A stretch of DNA of 64,000 bases. It comes from Macrostomum lignano. Its lineage: Eukaryota. Positions 26,201 through 37,790 of the stretch are shown here, piece by piece. The notes under the pieces were generated by a model, which was not told the origin of the DNA, ran no database searches, and worked only from the letters and a program-made list of their open reading frames with translations. The position numbers were made by a program, and so were the translations under genes. The first letter of the stretch is position 1. Every line of letters begins with the position of its first letter. The stretch is taken from assembly GCA_002269645.1 (NCBI GenBank), contig NIVC01002872.1, positions 1 through 64,000 on the forward strand. The letters are read 5' to 3'.

Positions 26201-29200
26201 CCTTTATTTCCCGCTGTCTCTCCCTTAATCTCCCTCTGTCTCTCCCTTAATCTCCCTCTGTCTCTCCCTTAATCTCCCTCTGTCTCTCCCTTAATCTCTC
26301 TGTCTCTCCCTTAATCTCACTCTGTCTCTCCCTTAATCTCTCTGTCTCTCCCTTAATCTCCCTCTGTCCCTCCCTTAATCTCTCTCTGTCTCTCCCTTAA
26401 TCTCCCTCTGTCTCTCCCTTTATTTCCCGCTGCCTCTCCCTTAATCTCCCTCTGTCTCTCCCTTTATTTCCCGCTGTCTCTCCCTTAATCTCACTCTGTC
26501 TCTCCCTTAATCTCCCTCTGTCTCTCCCTTAATCTCCCTCTGTCTCTCCCTTAATCTCTCTGTCTCTCCCTTAATCTCACTCTGTCTCTCCCTTAATCTC
26601 TCTGTCTCTCCCTTAATCTCCCTCTGTCCCTCCCTTAATCTCACTCTGTCTCTCCCTTAATCTCCCTCTGTCTCTCCCTTAATCTCCCTCTGTCTCTCCC
26701 TTAATCTCCCTCTGTCTCTCCCTTGATCTCCCTCTGTCTCTCCCTTAATCTTCCTCTGTCTCTCCCTTTATCTCCTACTGTCTCTCCCCTACTCCCCCTC
26801 TCTGTTTTTACCCTTAAGTCCCATATCTTTAATTATATCTTCCCTTCTCTATTGTCATCTTTCCCAGTTGATCAGCCCGATAATCCTCTCCTTATCAAGT
26901 CGGCATCCTTGTCATTGGCTACCTCTATCGCCGTTTTTACAACTTGTTTTTTTTCAACTTTTAAGCGATAGTTTACGGCCATCTATGCAATAACACATCC
27001 GGCTGCCCACTGCTGAGCTACAAGACCATAAAAAAGAGTTAAAGAAGATTGCAGAGTCGTGGGGTGCGATTTGATACCGGGACAGATGCTGCAGCCGCAT
27101 CAGAGTTCAGCCAGCACTCAGACTTGCCTTAGCGGCTTTTAGCGCCCGATCAGACAAGAGAAATCTCGATGCCGGATGGCCCCCCGGCAACTAGCAGCGG
27201 GTCCTGGATGACTGCTCCATGATGGAGCATGCCCAATCGGACTTTGACAAATCCCCTTGCCTGCCCCTGTCCAGACTCCGGCTCTCCTTCATCAATTCGA
27301 ACCGTGTCGGAGATAAACGCTCGCTGAGATGGCATCCGACAATGGAAATCCCAATTCTTCCCCAAATAATGCTGCTCAGCGTCAGCAACCAGTTGACCGA
27401 GACCGAGGGCCGAGTGGATGGGAGATGGCCGAAAATCCCCTCTCTAATTGGGATCTAATCCTACAAAATTCTTCCCCACAAATCGCAATCAGATTCCGCA
27501 GAGATGAAGAGTGGGATCTGAAAGGCCGAACTGAGGGGAGGATGCAGAACAAAACTGAATTCATATTCTGGCATCCAAAAAGCCAGTCGAACCTTTCCAC
27601 TGCTCTTGACGCCCTTCCAGATGGAGAAGTACACGATGGCAAAGACGATCACGAGGCAGATGGCGATCTCCGGCTTGACGCCGCCGACATCGCCGATGCC
27701 GTTGGAGTTTTGAATCTCCAGGACCTTCTTGCTGCAGTTGGGAGGGGAGGGGTGGGTTGGCAGTTGAGTGAACTTTGGCAGTGACAAGTCGGAGTGAGCT
27801 CGAAATTGAGGGCCGGAGTGACTCTTAGGAGTGAAAGTCTTTGGCCATGACCCATAGGTTTAAAATTTGTAGTGACGGTCGGAGTGACTGTAGGAGTGAC
27901 AGTCAAAATTACAGCCGGAGTGACTTTGGGATTGACAGTCGAGGTGACAGCCGAAGTGACTTTAGGAGTAACAGTCAAAATGACAACTGGAGTGACTTTA
28001 AGAGTGACAGCCGGAGTTACTTTAGGAGTGACAGTCGGAATGACAGTCGGAGTGACTTTAAGAGTGATAGTCGAGGTGACAGCCGGAGTGACTTTACGAG
28101 TGAGTTAAAATGACTTAGAGAGTGCCATTCAGAATGACTTAAAGAGTGACAGTCGGAATGACAGCCGGAATGACTTTAGGATTGACAGTCGAGGTGACAG
28201 CCGAAGTGACTTTAGGAGTAACAGTCAAAATGACAGCTGGAGTGACTTTAAGAGTGACAGCCGAAGTTACTTTAGGAGTGACAGTCGGAATGACAGTCGG
28301 AGTGACTTTAAGAGTGATAGTCGAGGTGACAGCCGGAGTGACTTTACGAGTGAGTTAAAATGACTTAGAGAGCGCCATTCAGAATGACTTAAACAGTGAC
28401 AGTTGGAATGACAGTCGGAGTGACTTTAAGAGTGACAGTCGAGGTGACAGTCGGAGTGACTTCAAGATTGAGTTAAAATTTCTGAGAGTGACATTCAGAA
28501 TGACTTAAAGAGTGGCAGTCGCAGTGACCTTGAGAGTGACCGCACCAGATGGAAATCTCATGCTCACTAGAAGAAGACCTCGCTAGAGGACAGCGTGCAG
28601 GTTCCATTTTCGCCCGTCGTGCAGTTCTTGCCAATGTCGCTGTTATTGAGCTTCTGCTCGAAGGTGCGACAGCGCGGCTCGTCCGGCTGGCAGGTCATCC
28701 AGGGCAGGACGCCGCCGTTGAAAGTGCAAGCGATGCTCTGATAGAGAAAGTACAGAGCCCAGGCCATGATGGTGTTATAGTAGAAGGCGACGTAGGTGCC
28801 AGCAATGCAGATACCGATTCCGACACCTGGTTAGTTAAATTGAAGATTGGACAACCAGGTGAACGGGTTAAGTTTTTGATTTTCGATTATTCTACACCCA
28901 AATGTGATTTACTTCTATTTTTCAGACTAAGTTGACTGCTTTAAGGCCCTGCTGTACAACGCCGAGACCTAAACGCTGACGGGACTCGCTTGAACAGAAA
29001 GTTGGTGCGGCGCACGCCGGCAAAGCAATCTGTTGCGCCGTCAACGACTCTTACTGGCCGATGCCGACGCCTCGGATCCGGTCGGCCGCGCGGCCTGAGT
29101 TCGCGCCCAGGCTCTGAGACGAACCCTGGGGTGCTGCTTTCCCAATAATAATAATAATTGATTACACCTGCCTCAATTGGGCCAGATGTGCAACCGACAG

Positions 29201-31433
29201 CTCAGCCACAGGTATTATTGCGCGGCGCATCTGAAGGCTGCGTACGGCTGTTCAGTCCAAATACTGGGGGATCACCACACACACATTCAATTACCCCAGC
29301 TAATGCTGGCACCCATTTTACAGCTGGGTGAACTGAAAAAATGCGGAGTTAAGTGTCAGTATTGTTCCAGTAGAATAGGGAATCGAACCCCCGACCTTTC
29401 AGTCGTGAGTCCGACGCTCTAACCACTAGGCTACAACCCTCACTAGGCTACATCCCTCACTAGGCTACAAACCTCACTAGGCTACATCCCTCACTAGGCT
29501 TCAAACCTCACTAGGCTTCAAACCTCACTAGGCTACAAACCTCACTAGGCTACAACTCCCCGCTAGGCTACAACTCACTAGAGCACCCTCACTAGGCTAC
29601 AAACCTCACTAGGCTACAAACCTCACTAGGCTACATCCCTCACTAAACTACAAACCTCACTAGGCTACAACTCCCCACTAGGCTACAAGCCTCACTAGGC
29701 TACATCCCTCACTAGGCTACAACTCCCCACTAGGCTACAAACCTCACTAGGCTACAACTCCCCACTAGGCTACAAACCTCACTAGGCTACAACTCCCCGC
29801 TAGGCTACAACTCACTAGAGCACCCTCACTAGGCTACAAACCTCACTAGGCTACATCCCTCACTAGGCTACAAACCTCACTAGGCTACAAACCTCACTAG
29901 GCTACAAACCTCACTAGGCTACATCCCTCACTAGGCTACAAACCTCACTAGGCTACAAACCTCACTAGGCTACAAACCTCACTAGGCTACAAACCTCACT
30001 AGGCTACATCCCTCACTAGGCTACAAACCTCACTAGGCTACAAACCTCACTAGGCTACAAACCTCACTAGGCTACAAACCTCACTAGGCTACAAACCTCA
30101 CTAGGCTACAAACCTCACTAGGCTACAAACCTCACTAGGCTACAAACCTCACTAGGCTACAAACCTCACTAGGCTACAAACCTCACTAGGCTACAAACCT
30201 CACTAGGCTACAAACCTCACTAGGCTACAAACCTCACTAGGCTACAAACCTCACTAGGCTACAAACCTCACTAGGCTACAAACCTCACTAGGCTACAAAC
30301 CTCACTAGGCTACAAACCTCACTAGGCTACAAACCTCACTAGGCTACAAACCTCACTAGGCTACAAACCTCACTAGGCTACAAACCTCACTAGGCTACAA
30401 ACCTCACTAGGCTACAAACCTCACTAGGCTACAAACCTCACTAGGCTACAAACCTCACTAGGCTACAAACCTCACTAGGCTACAAACCTCACTAGGCTAC
30501 AAACCTCACTAGGCTACAAACCTCACTAGGCTACAAACCTCACTAGGCTACAAACCTCACTAGGCTACAACCAAGAAAACTTTCCCAAGAACACTCTTTA
30601 AATCAGCAGCGTATTTTCTGTGACTGCTCGAGTTTGAATCCATTGCTCCATAAAGTGATGTTGACTGCCGGCTCACCTTTGAACATCGGGCAGATGCGCT
30701 TCCACACGGTAATGCAGCCGCAGCGCTGGTACTGGCCCAGCGCCAGCTCCATGTAGAACAGTGGCAGGCCGCCGAAGATGTACATGACAAGGTAGGGCAC
30801 CAGGAATGCGCCTGGAAGTGACACGGCGAGGTGGGTTGGGCTTTTTTGTACACCTTCAGCTTCGTTCTTCTGGTCTCTGTACATTGACGGACGCCCAGCT
30901 CACGTCATGCCCTGCTTAACAATCCTAAGTATAGCGCTTTATACTACTCATATCAATTAGTTCAAAATCTCCAGTAGGGTACACAAATATAACTAACTGA
31001 CTACCTAATTAACAGTCACGTGACAGTCAAGGCGGCAAACCTACCGCCCCCGTTCCTGTAGCAGATGTAGGGGAATCGCCACACGTTGCCGAGGTCGACG
31101 GCGAAACCGACAACGGCCAGGAGGAAGTCGATCTTCTGGTTCCAGGTCTCGCGACCGATGGCCGGAGCTTCCACCAGCTGGCAGTCTTCGTAGGGCGGCG
31201 GCTTCTGCTGTTGAGGATTTTTTGAGTTTATAAGTGCAATTGTCTATACACAGCTCGTATTCCGAAGAAAGAATAGAAGCATGCTAAATTATCCGTCCCA
31301 GACTCCTTCATCAGCTCACCCCATCGTCGGCCTCCTTCGGCAGCAGCCGCATAGGCGTTGAATTGAGCATCGGCTCAGCCTCGGGCTCCAGCCGCTTCTC
31401 AGCGGCTTCAATCTCCTCGTCTTCCTTCTGCAT
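20299..31433 (-). CDS. SLC6A4: Sodium-dependent serotonin transporter (SLC6, SERT-like), 13 exons, 643 aa
   Basis: Exons: 31433-31320, 31207-31045, 30811-30677, 28826-28568, 27731-27593, 25869-25631, 25316-25192, 24278-24166, 23016-22888, 21964-21865, 21778-21678, 21387-21208, 20433-20299. All introns are GT-AG, phases are compatible, total 1932 nt. Motifs [16 protein letters not shown] (monoamine-transporter Asp), [25 protein letters not shown] and ITLGLDST match SERT better than DAT/NET. Confidence 0.93.
20905..21110. repeat. Degenerate ~31-bp minisatellite, SERT intron 12
   Basis: AATCCCGATCCCATCTCAGACTCTTGTCTCG-like units. Confidence 0.8.
21435..21620. repeat. 12-bp minisatellite, SERT intron 11
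   Basis: (GGGAAAGGAACA)n, about 15 copies. Confidence 0.95.
22015..22790. repeat. TCTAA-based ~26-bp minisatellite, SERT intron 9
   Basis: TCTAATCTAATCTAATCCATCATATTCTGAA-type units with variants. Confidence 0.95.
23143..24078. repeat. 9-bp G-rich minisatellite, SERT intron 8
   Basis: TGGGGTATC / TGGGGTGAC / TGAGGTATC units. Confidence 0.95.
24298..25140. repeat. ~25-bp G-rich minisatellite, SERT intron 7
   Basis: GGGTGGGTGGATGAGTGGGTAGATA units. Confidence 0.95.
25970..26770. repeat. 22-bp pyrimidine-rich minisatellite, SERT intron 5
   Basis: TCTCTCCCTTAATCTCCCTCTG units. Confidence 0.95.
27785..28540. repeat. Degenerate 12-bp-based array with a 250-bp higher-order duplication, SERT intron 4
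   Basis: GAGTGACTTTAG / GAGTGACAGTCG motifs; block ~27911-28141 recurs at ~28161-28391. Confidence 0.9.
28945..29110 (+). mobile_element. Degenerate RTE-like LINE ORF2 C-terminal fragment
   Basis: [11 protein letters not shown]...[11 protein letters not shown]...NLLRRQRL...LLADADASD resembles the LLYxxETWTL region of RTE-type reverse transcriptases; contains stops and frameshifts. Confidence 0.5.
29146..29438 (-). mobile_element. tRNA-derived SINE
   Basis: Minus strand: A box TAGCCTAGTGG, D-arm-like TTAGAGCG, B box GGTTCGATTCC, central CAGCTGTAAAATGGGT, then an (ATT)n tail at 29146-29160. Confidence 0.75.
29424..30571. repeat. 17-bp minisatellite continuous with the SINE 5' end, SERT intron 3
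   Basis: (CACTAGGCTACAAACCT)n, about 67 copies; variant near the SINE and homogeneous distally. Confidence 0.95.
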
Positions 31434-31689
31434 CCCTTTGTTAGGCTCAGATGGTTGAGTAGGTTGCAGGGCGGATTCTGAGCTGCTGTTGCTGAGCTCG
31501 GAGACCAGATATTGGCGGAATCCTATTCAGCCAGCCTGTTGCTAGTGGGAGATGATAAGAAGGCGACTCTGCAATATAAGAGGAAGGCGAGGAGGCGGGG
31601 CCGGCAGCAGCAGCAGCCTCGACCAGCGCGGGAGGAGGGTGGTTGGCCGCTCTTTAGCTGGGGCAGCCAATGGGCCCGGGGACTCAACT

Positions 31690-31691
<2 letters not shown>

Positions 31692-31744
<53 letters not shown>
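31692..31744. repeat. (GA)n microsatellite upstream of SERT
   Basis: Pure dinucleotide run. Confidence 0.95.
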
Positions 31745-31745
<1 letters not shown>

Positions 31746-32981
31746 GGGCTCCATAAGAATTGCCAGGCAACTCAAAACTATCGACAGAGCCCCAAGGACA
31801 ACAGGGATAAGATGACGGACAATCAGAGCGAAAAGGGAACCATTTTCTGACTCCCTGCTCATTCTGCATCCCTAATCTCCATGTAAGTGATAGCCAGATG
31901 CTTCATTAACGATGTCTGGAAGTTGCCGTCGGAGTTATGAGAAGTTGAGCCCGCCGGGGGATCAGGGAGCAGGAAGAACGGGCCTGGAAGCAGGAGAAGA
32001 CGGAAGCCCCAGAGAAGGCTCCCGGAGGGATAAAGAAGAAATGGGAGTCGGGGCGAACTGGGGGCCCCCGCTTTGTCTTGCCGATGCGGCAAGAAATCGG
32101 GGCAATAAGGCGAAGGCTTTCCCTAGCGGAATCGACAGGATTTCGCGTGTCAACGGCACCGAAATTCGCCTCCACTGGGCTCAGCGGCCGGGCTTTTCTC
32201 TGCATCCGCTAGACTAGTGGAAACTTTGCTTGCGCCCGACTTTTAGCAGCAGCAACAGCAGAAGCAGCAAGCGCTTTAGGAAGCAAAAACAAACGCGTAT
32301 TGACTCAGGCAACTTTGCCCAGGGGCCATGCAGTAAGAGTTGAAGAAGAGGAGCTTGTCCGCGTACTTCCAGCGCGACCAATGCTTGCCAATTTGTTTCT
32401 CTTAGTACAGGTAATTCTTCTAACAGTTGAGAGCTAACTAAATAAAATAGAACATCTCACGCAGAGGAAGTTTTAGCTTGCTTTTCAAAAGCATCGATTG
32501 AGACACCAGCTATGTGCGTAATATTTTGACTTTTGGCTTCATAATAAGTGCCATAGACAAAACTTTGACAATTCAATTGGGGCTCTGCGGCTCAGGCCCT
32601 CAAAAATCATGAGACGTCGTTTGAGAGGCTGCTGCTGGCATCCTTCGTTGTGCTGATGTCTATGGCCGAATTATCAACTTGCTCGCCTTTTCCGTCGATG
32701 TCTATGGGCAAGACCCACAACTTGGTTGGCTTTACTACCAACTTGGCTGACAAAAGTAATTCTAATTTGACCTTCTTTGGTCAGAGTGTCGAGGCTGTAT
32801 TTTAATTATTTGGATTCGAGCGAAGCGTCGAGATATGAGGCGCGTCCGGAAAGTTTGGACACTTAATCCCAGAGAAAAAAATGAAACAAGGTTATACTTA
32901 AAATTGTGTCAGTTTAAAGCCGCAAATTTCTTCTCTGTAATAAATTCAATCTCGTATTTGACTTACTTGACTTAGCTGCAG

Positions 32982-33483
32982 AGGGCTCCATGCGTCCGGA
33001 AACAGCGAGGAGACGCTAGTGCTGCGGTGTCGCGCAAGGAGTTCCGGTGGTGCCGGTGTCCGCAGCGTGGTCCCCTCCGGAGAGTCCAGGAGGTGGATGG
33101 TCGCTCGCCCGGTAGCCCTTAGGTAGCGGACGAGCTGGCAGAGATTAATCGGGCCTGAAGACGCCGGAGAGGTCCGGGTTTGGGCCGAGGTAGGTGAGCC
33201 TGACCTGAGTAAAGGCGGGGCATTCACAGATAAAGTGCCCCACATTCTCGACACCGCGGAGAGGAAGAAAGGGCATTCCTCACTGCGGATTTTTCCCTGG
33301 AGGTGACGATGCCTGGCAAAACAGCCATGACCCGAGAGGGCCATGGCCACCGCCCTGATGTCCCTGCGGTTGAGTCCAAGCAGGGCCCTGCGCAGGGCGG
33401 ATTCAATCTCGTATATTTTGGGTCATCCCTGATGCCAGCAGGGATCATTTGGCAGGCAAGGTCTGGCGCCATGGTCTTTTAAG
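32982..33483 (-). mobile_element. 5'-truncated non-LTR retrotransposon 3' end (I/R1-group-like C-terminal zinc knuckle)
   Basis: Across frameshifts: [25 protein letters not shown]...ECPF...[17 protein letters not shown]. Flanked by a 17-bp direct repeat ACTTGACTTAGCTGCAG at 32965-32981 and 33484-33500. Confidence 0.7.
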
Positions 33484-34201
33484 ACTTGACTTAGCTGCAG
33501 GATGGTTGGCCAGGATCGCCCATTCCGCTAAAGTTCTTTCAAGACAATGCTGCTCTGATGCGATTGACCGGAATGCTCAAGCCATGGGAGGAGTGTATTG
33601 CTACAGGTGGAGACTATGGCGCGATCATGATTTGCGAATTTCTCGACGTGAGTGATTAAGAAGTCCTTGAAATATATTCTTTTAGTCTATGGCCTAAACT
33701 TCAGCTACTGTATTTTTTCCAGTGTGTTTAAGCTGACACGGCAATCAGAATATCTGATGATACAGGCCCTCGTAATCTTTCACGTCAATGCTAATACGCG
33801 GAAGGGGGCGGTTAGCAACTAAAAAAATTTGAAGTAATAAATGATACCGAACTTGATATCGTTTACAGTCAGCCTGGTTCTCAAGTTTAATACGCAAAAT
33901 GTATAAGATCCATATCAAACTTTGGCGTGCTTTTGAGACTGAAAGCTGAGACTTTCTAAGACCGATAATATACAAGGAATACGCGCTACAAGGTGAAGGA
34001 TTGACAGGTGAACTATGACGTCATTAGAAAGCGATTCTTAACCGAGCCCATGAACACGGAGCAGAAGACACTGTGTATGTTCGTCTAAAAATGGTGCTGC
34101 ATGCCATCTCGATAACAAAACAAGATATCACTTTAACAGCCATACTAAAGGAACTCGTGCATTAAGAAGGCAGTCAATGTCATCAAAAGGTGAGCTTGCC
34201 A

Positions 34202-34622
34202 TTATCTGAGGACTTATTCCACTGTGCCACTATCTGAGGACTGATTCCACTGTGCCACTATCTGAGGACTGATTCCACTGTGCCACTATCTGAGGACTGA
34301 TTCCACTGTGCCACTATCTGAGGACTGATTCCACTGTGCCACTATCTGAGGACTGATTCCACTGTGCCACTATCTGAGGAATGATTCCACTGTGCCACTA
34401 TCTGAGGACTGATTCCACTGTGCCACTATCTGAGGACTGATTCCACTGTGCCACTATCTGAGGACTGATTCCACTGTGCCACTATCTGAGGACTGATTCC
34501 GCTGTGCCACTATCTGAGGACTGATGCCATTGTGCCACTATCTGAGGACTGATTCCGCTGTGCCACTATCTGAGGACTGATGCCATTGTGCCACTATCTG
34601 AGGACTGATTCCACTGTGTCAC
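34202..34622. repeat. 28-bp minisatellite
   Basis: CCACTATCTGAGGACTGATTCCACTGTG, about 15 copies. Confidence 0.95.
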
Positions 34623-35252
34623 CATTAGGAGCGCAATGCCTTAATTCCGTGTCTTTAATTATTAACAGCAAGGTATCGTTCATAATCTGAAGCGAGAATA
34701 CCCCTGTCGTGTTAAAAATTCTTTTTAAGTCTAATTAAAATTTCTAAAATTAACAGCAATTAAAGCAAGCTTATGAACTTGTCCTGGTTTTCGGATACGG
34801 CAAGCAGGGTGAGGACCGAGAAGGACTGACTGACGTTCCTGTAGACACAAAGTCAGTTTAAATGTCCTCTGTATTTATTTGTAACGAGTACAAAGTAACG
34901 AGGATTTGTGATGAATATTTTCTTAGCCAGCGATCAACCAAGAGACGGTGCCTTTCAAACGGAAGATAAACTTTTTAAAAACAAGTCAATATCTGAAATA
35001 TTGTGACATTTGAATTAATTAAATTGCGTTCAATTTCGTATAGCAAAATATGTTTTGTATTTATCTGTTGCAATACAGACACGAAAGCGACAGCTTCAGT
35101 CAGACAAACTCAAAAAATAGATAGGAAAGTGAACATGAATGGCTAAATAACTACTGACAGCTGACAGTAGTATGCAATGTACAAAATGCAATATAATTCA
35201 GAAAGCAATTTTTATCACCAGATATCGCTTTATTGTGGGATTATATAAAATA

Positions 35253-35971
35253 GGATCAGGGATTATGGCTACTCAGATTGGGGATCAGGGATTATGGCTA
35301 CTCAGATTGGGGATCAGGGATTATGGCTACTCAAATTGGGGATCAGGGATTATGGCTACTCTGATTGGGGATCAGGGAATATGGCTACTCAGATTGGGGA
35401 TCAGGGATTATGGCTACTCAAATTGGGGATCAGGGATTATGGCTACTCAGATTGGAGATCAGGGATTATGGCTACTCAGATTGGGGATCAAGGATTATGG
35501 CTACTCAGATTGGGGATCAAGGATTATGGCTACTCAGATTAGGGATCAGGGATTATGGCTACTCAGATTGGGGATCAGGGATTATGGCTACTCAGATTGG
35601 GGATCAGGGATTATGGCTACTCAGATTGGGGATCAGGGATTATGGCTACTCAAATTGGGGATCAGGGATTATGGCTACTCAGATTGGAGATCAGGGATTA
35701 TGGCTACTCAGATTGGGGATCAAGGATTATGGCTACTCAGATTGGGGATCAAGGATTATGGCTACTCAGATTGGGGATCAGGGATTATGGCTACTCAGAT
35801 TGGGGATCAGGGATTATGGCTACTCAGATTGGGGATCAGGGATTATGGCTACTCAGATTGGGGATCAGGGATTATGGCTACTCAAATTGGGGATCAGGGA
35901 TTATGGCTACTCTGATTGGGGATCAGGGATTATGGCTACTCAAATTGGGGATCAGGGATTATGGCTACTCA
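35253..35971. repeat. 29-bp minisatellite
   Basis: GGGATCAGGGATTATGGCTACTCAGATTG, about 24 copies. Confidence 0.95.
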
Positions 35972-35981
35972 GTTGAGGAAT

Positions 35982-36791
35982 TTAAGCCGGCCTATCAAGG
36001 TGCCCCAGCCCCACAGTCAGAGCCAACAGCCGCGCCTCCGACGGTCGCAGAAGCGACAGCAGTTGTTCGGCGCTCGGCCGAAGAAGCTCGCAAAGCAGCC
36101 GAGCCGGCGCGAACTCCGAAGCGGCTGAGGCGGCCGACGCCACGACTGCCGCAGCAGCTGTCGGCGCCGCCTCCGCGCCGCCAGTCCGCAGGCGCACCAG
36201 AGACCGCAGCAGCGGACGCAGGCAGGGCAGGGCTGAGCAGACCAGATCACCGCCTGCCGGGCAGTCATCGACCAGCCAGTGCAATCCGGCTGCAGCGAAT
36301 CGGTCCAGCCGTCTCCGACGCCGCTCACTTGATGCCGACGGCGGCAGCAGTAGCAGAAGCAGCAGCTCCCAGAGCAGAGCTTTACGCCTGCCAGGCCGGT
36401 TGCTAGGGAAGCTTAATAGCCAATCAGCACCGGTTGCTAAGGACAGGTTGACTCGAGCTAGAGCCAAGATGTTTTTGCGGACGGCGTCTTGAATAGCAAG
36501 GCGCGGACAGTCGGCGACAGTAGAGATGTCAGAGCAACAGCAGCAGCAGATGTCTTCGGAGGCTTCGTCAGGCTGCTGCTCGACAGTTAGCATCAGTTCG
36601 AGGAGCTGGCGAAACCTGGCCGGCGTCAGGTGGGCGTCAAGACGCGCGTCCGAGGCGGCTTCAGTGACGGATCGCGCAAGCGGATTGACGGAGGGAGTGG
36701 CGCCGTTGTCAAGGTCATGAAGGCTTCGGCTGTCGGACTGCGGAGGAGGCGGAGGCGGCGGATGAAGCAGCCAGACTAGGCGCGACTGCAG
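35982..36791 (-). CDS. Terminal exon of an unidentified Leu-rich, probably helical protein (269 codons plus stop)
   Basis: Acceptor CTGAC...ctccaactccatcccgcag|CTG; GC-rich frame open from 36791 to TAA at 35984-35982 (LQSRLVWLLHP...RFRQLLELML...KALLWELLLLLL...RLLCELLRPSAEQLLSLL). Upstream exons not found. Confidence 0.6.
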   Translation of the reverse strand: MQSRLVWLLHPPPPPPPQSDSRSLHDLDNGATPSVNPLARSVTEAASDARLDAHLTPARFRQLLELMLTVEQQPDEASEDICCCCCSDISTVADCPRLAIQDAVRKNILALARVNLSLATGADWLLSFPSNRPGRRKALLWELLLLLLLPPSASSERRRRRLDRFAAAGLHWLVDDCPAGGDLVCSALPCLRPLLRSLVRLRTGGAEAAPTAAAAVVASAASAASEFAPARLLCELLRPSAEQLLSLLRPSEARLLALTVGLGHLDRPA

Positions 36792-37500
36792 CTGCGGGAT
36801 GGAGTTGGAGAGTTGTCAGTCCAGCCAAGAGATACTTAAACTAGATTGAGTTACTCAGGCATATATACTTAGTAAAACAGCCTTCTACTTTCAGTTCAGT
36901 AGCAAAGAAGAATACATAAGCTATTTTATAAGAATAGAGGCAGCTGAAATGACTTTGATAAGTTTAGAAGCCAAGCTTGCAGACGTAAACAACTTGCTAA
37001 TTTGATTAGCAATAATGTACATTAGCCAGTCCACTGAAATTTACATGGCAGCTTTAAGATGGAATTCTGAGAAAGGCAATAAAATTGGGGCGGGGCGGGG
37101 AGTAGTGTGGAAAGGCGGGATTGGAGGGTTTAAGCTGGGGGTAAGAGCCAATAAATGAGTATTGGCTTTAAAAATGCATCAAAATGCTTCCGTCTAACCT
37201 ACTAATCGAACTGAAAGTAGCTTACACGCAAATGTGCTGAGTGACCTATGTAGTTATTCTAGTACTTGTGGGCGGAGGTAGAGGTTTTTGTGTGGTTGGA
37301 GAGGGTTTTAAGCTAAGAAGGGGGTATGAGCCAATAAAACAGCATTGCCTTTAAAAATACACTAATGTGCTTCTATTTAACTTTCTACTGAACTGAATAG
37401 TAGTAGCTTACTACTATTCTTACTGATAGTAGTTATTCTAGTATTTGCGTGAGGATTAGAGAAGCATGTCAGTCCTACTCTACTCTAGGATTTTATGAAG

Positions 37501-37790
37501 GTGCGCCAGTCCTACTCTATGATTTTTTGAAGGTGTGCCAGTCCTACTTTAGGATGAGGGTGTGCCAGTCCTACTCTAGGATGAGGGTGTGCCAGTCCTA
37601 CTTTAGGATGAGGGTGTGCCAGTCCTACTTTAGGATGAGGGTGTGTCAGTCCTACTTTAGGATGAGGGTGTGTCAGTCCTACTTTAGGATGAGGGTGTGC
37701 CAGTCCTACTCTAGGATGAGGGTGTGCCAGTCCTACTCTAGGATGAGGGTGTGCCAGTCCTACTCTAGGATGAGGGTGTGCCAGTCCTAC
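37501..37790. repeat. 27-bp minisatellite
   Basis: GTGTGCCAGTCCTACTTTAGGATGAGG, about 10 copies. Confidence 0.95.

Noticed and set aside
29370-29438. Functional tRNA gene (CAC-like anticodon); likewise the head at 48733
   Set aside because: Acceptor and anticodon stems are poor and SINE-like bodies follow, so these were called SINE heads.
35986-36492. Plus-strand Ser/Arg-rich open frame
   Set aside because: It has no supported start or acceptor in frame; the minus-strand frame has better splice signals and protein-like composition.
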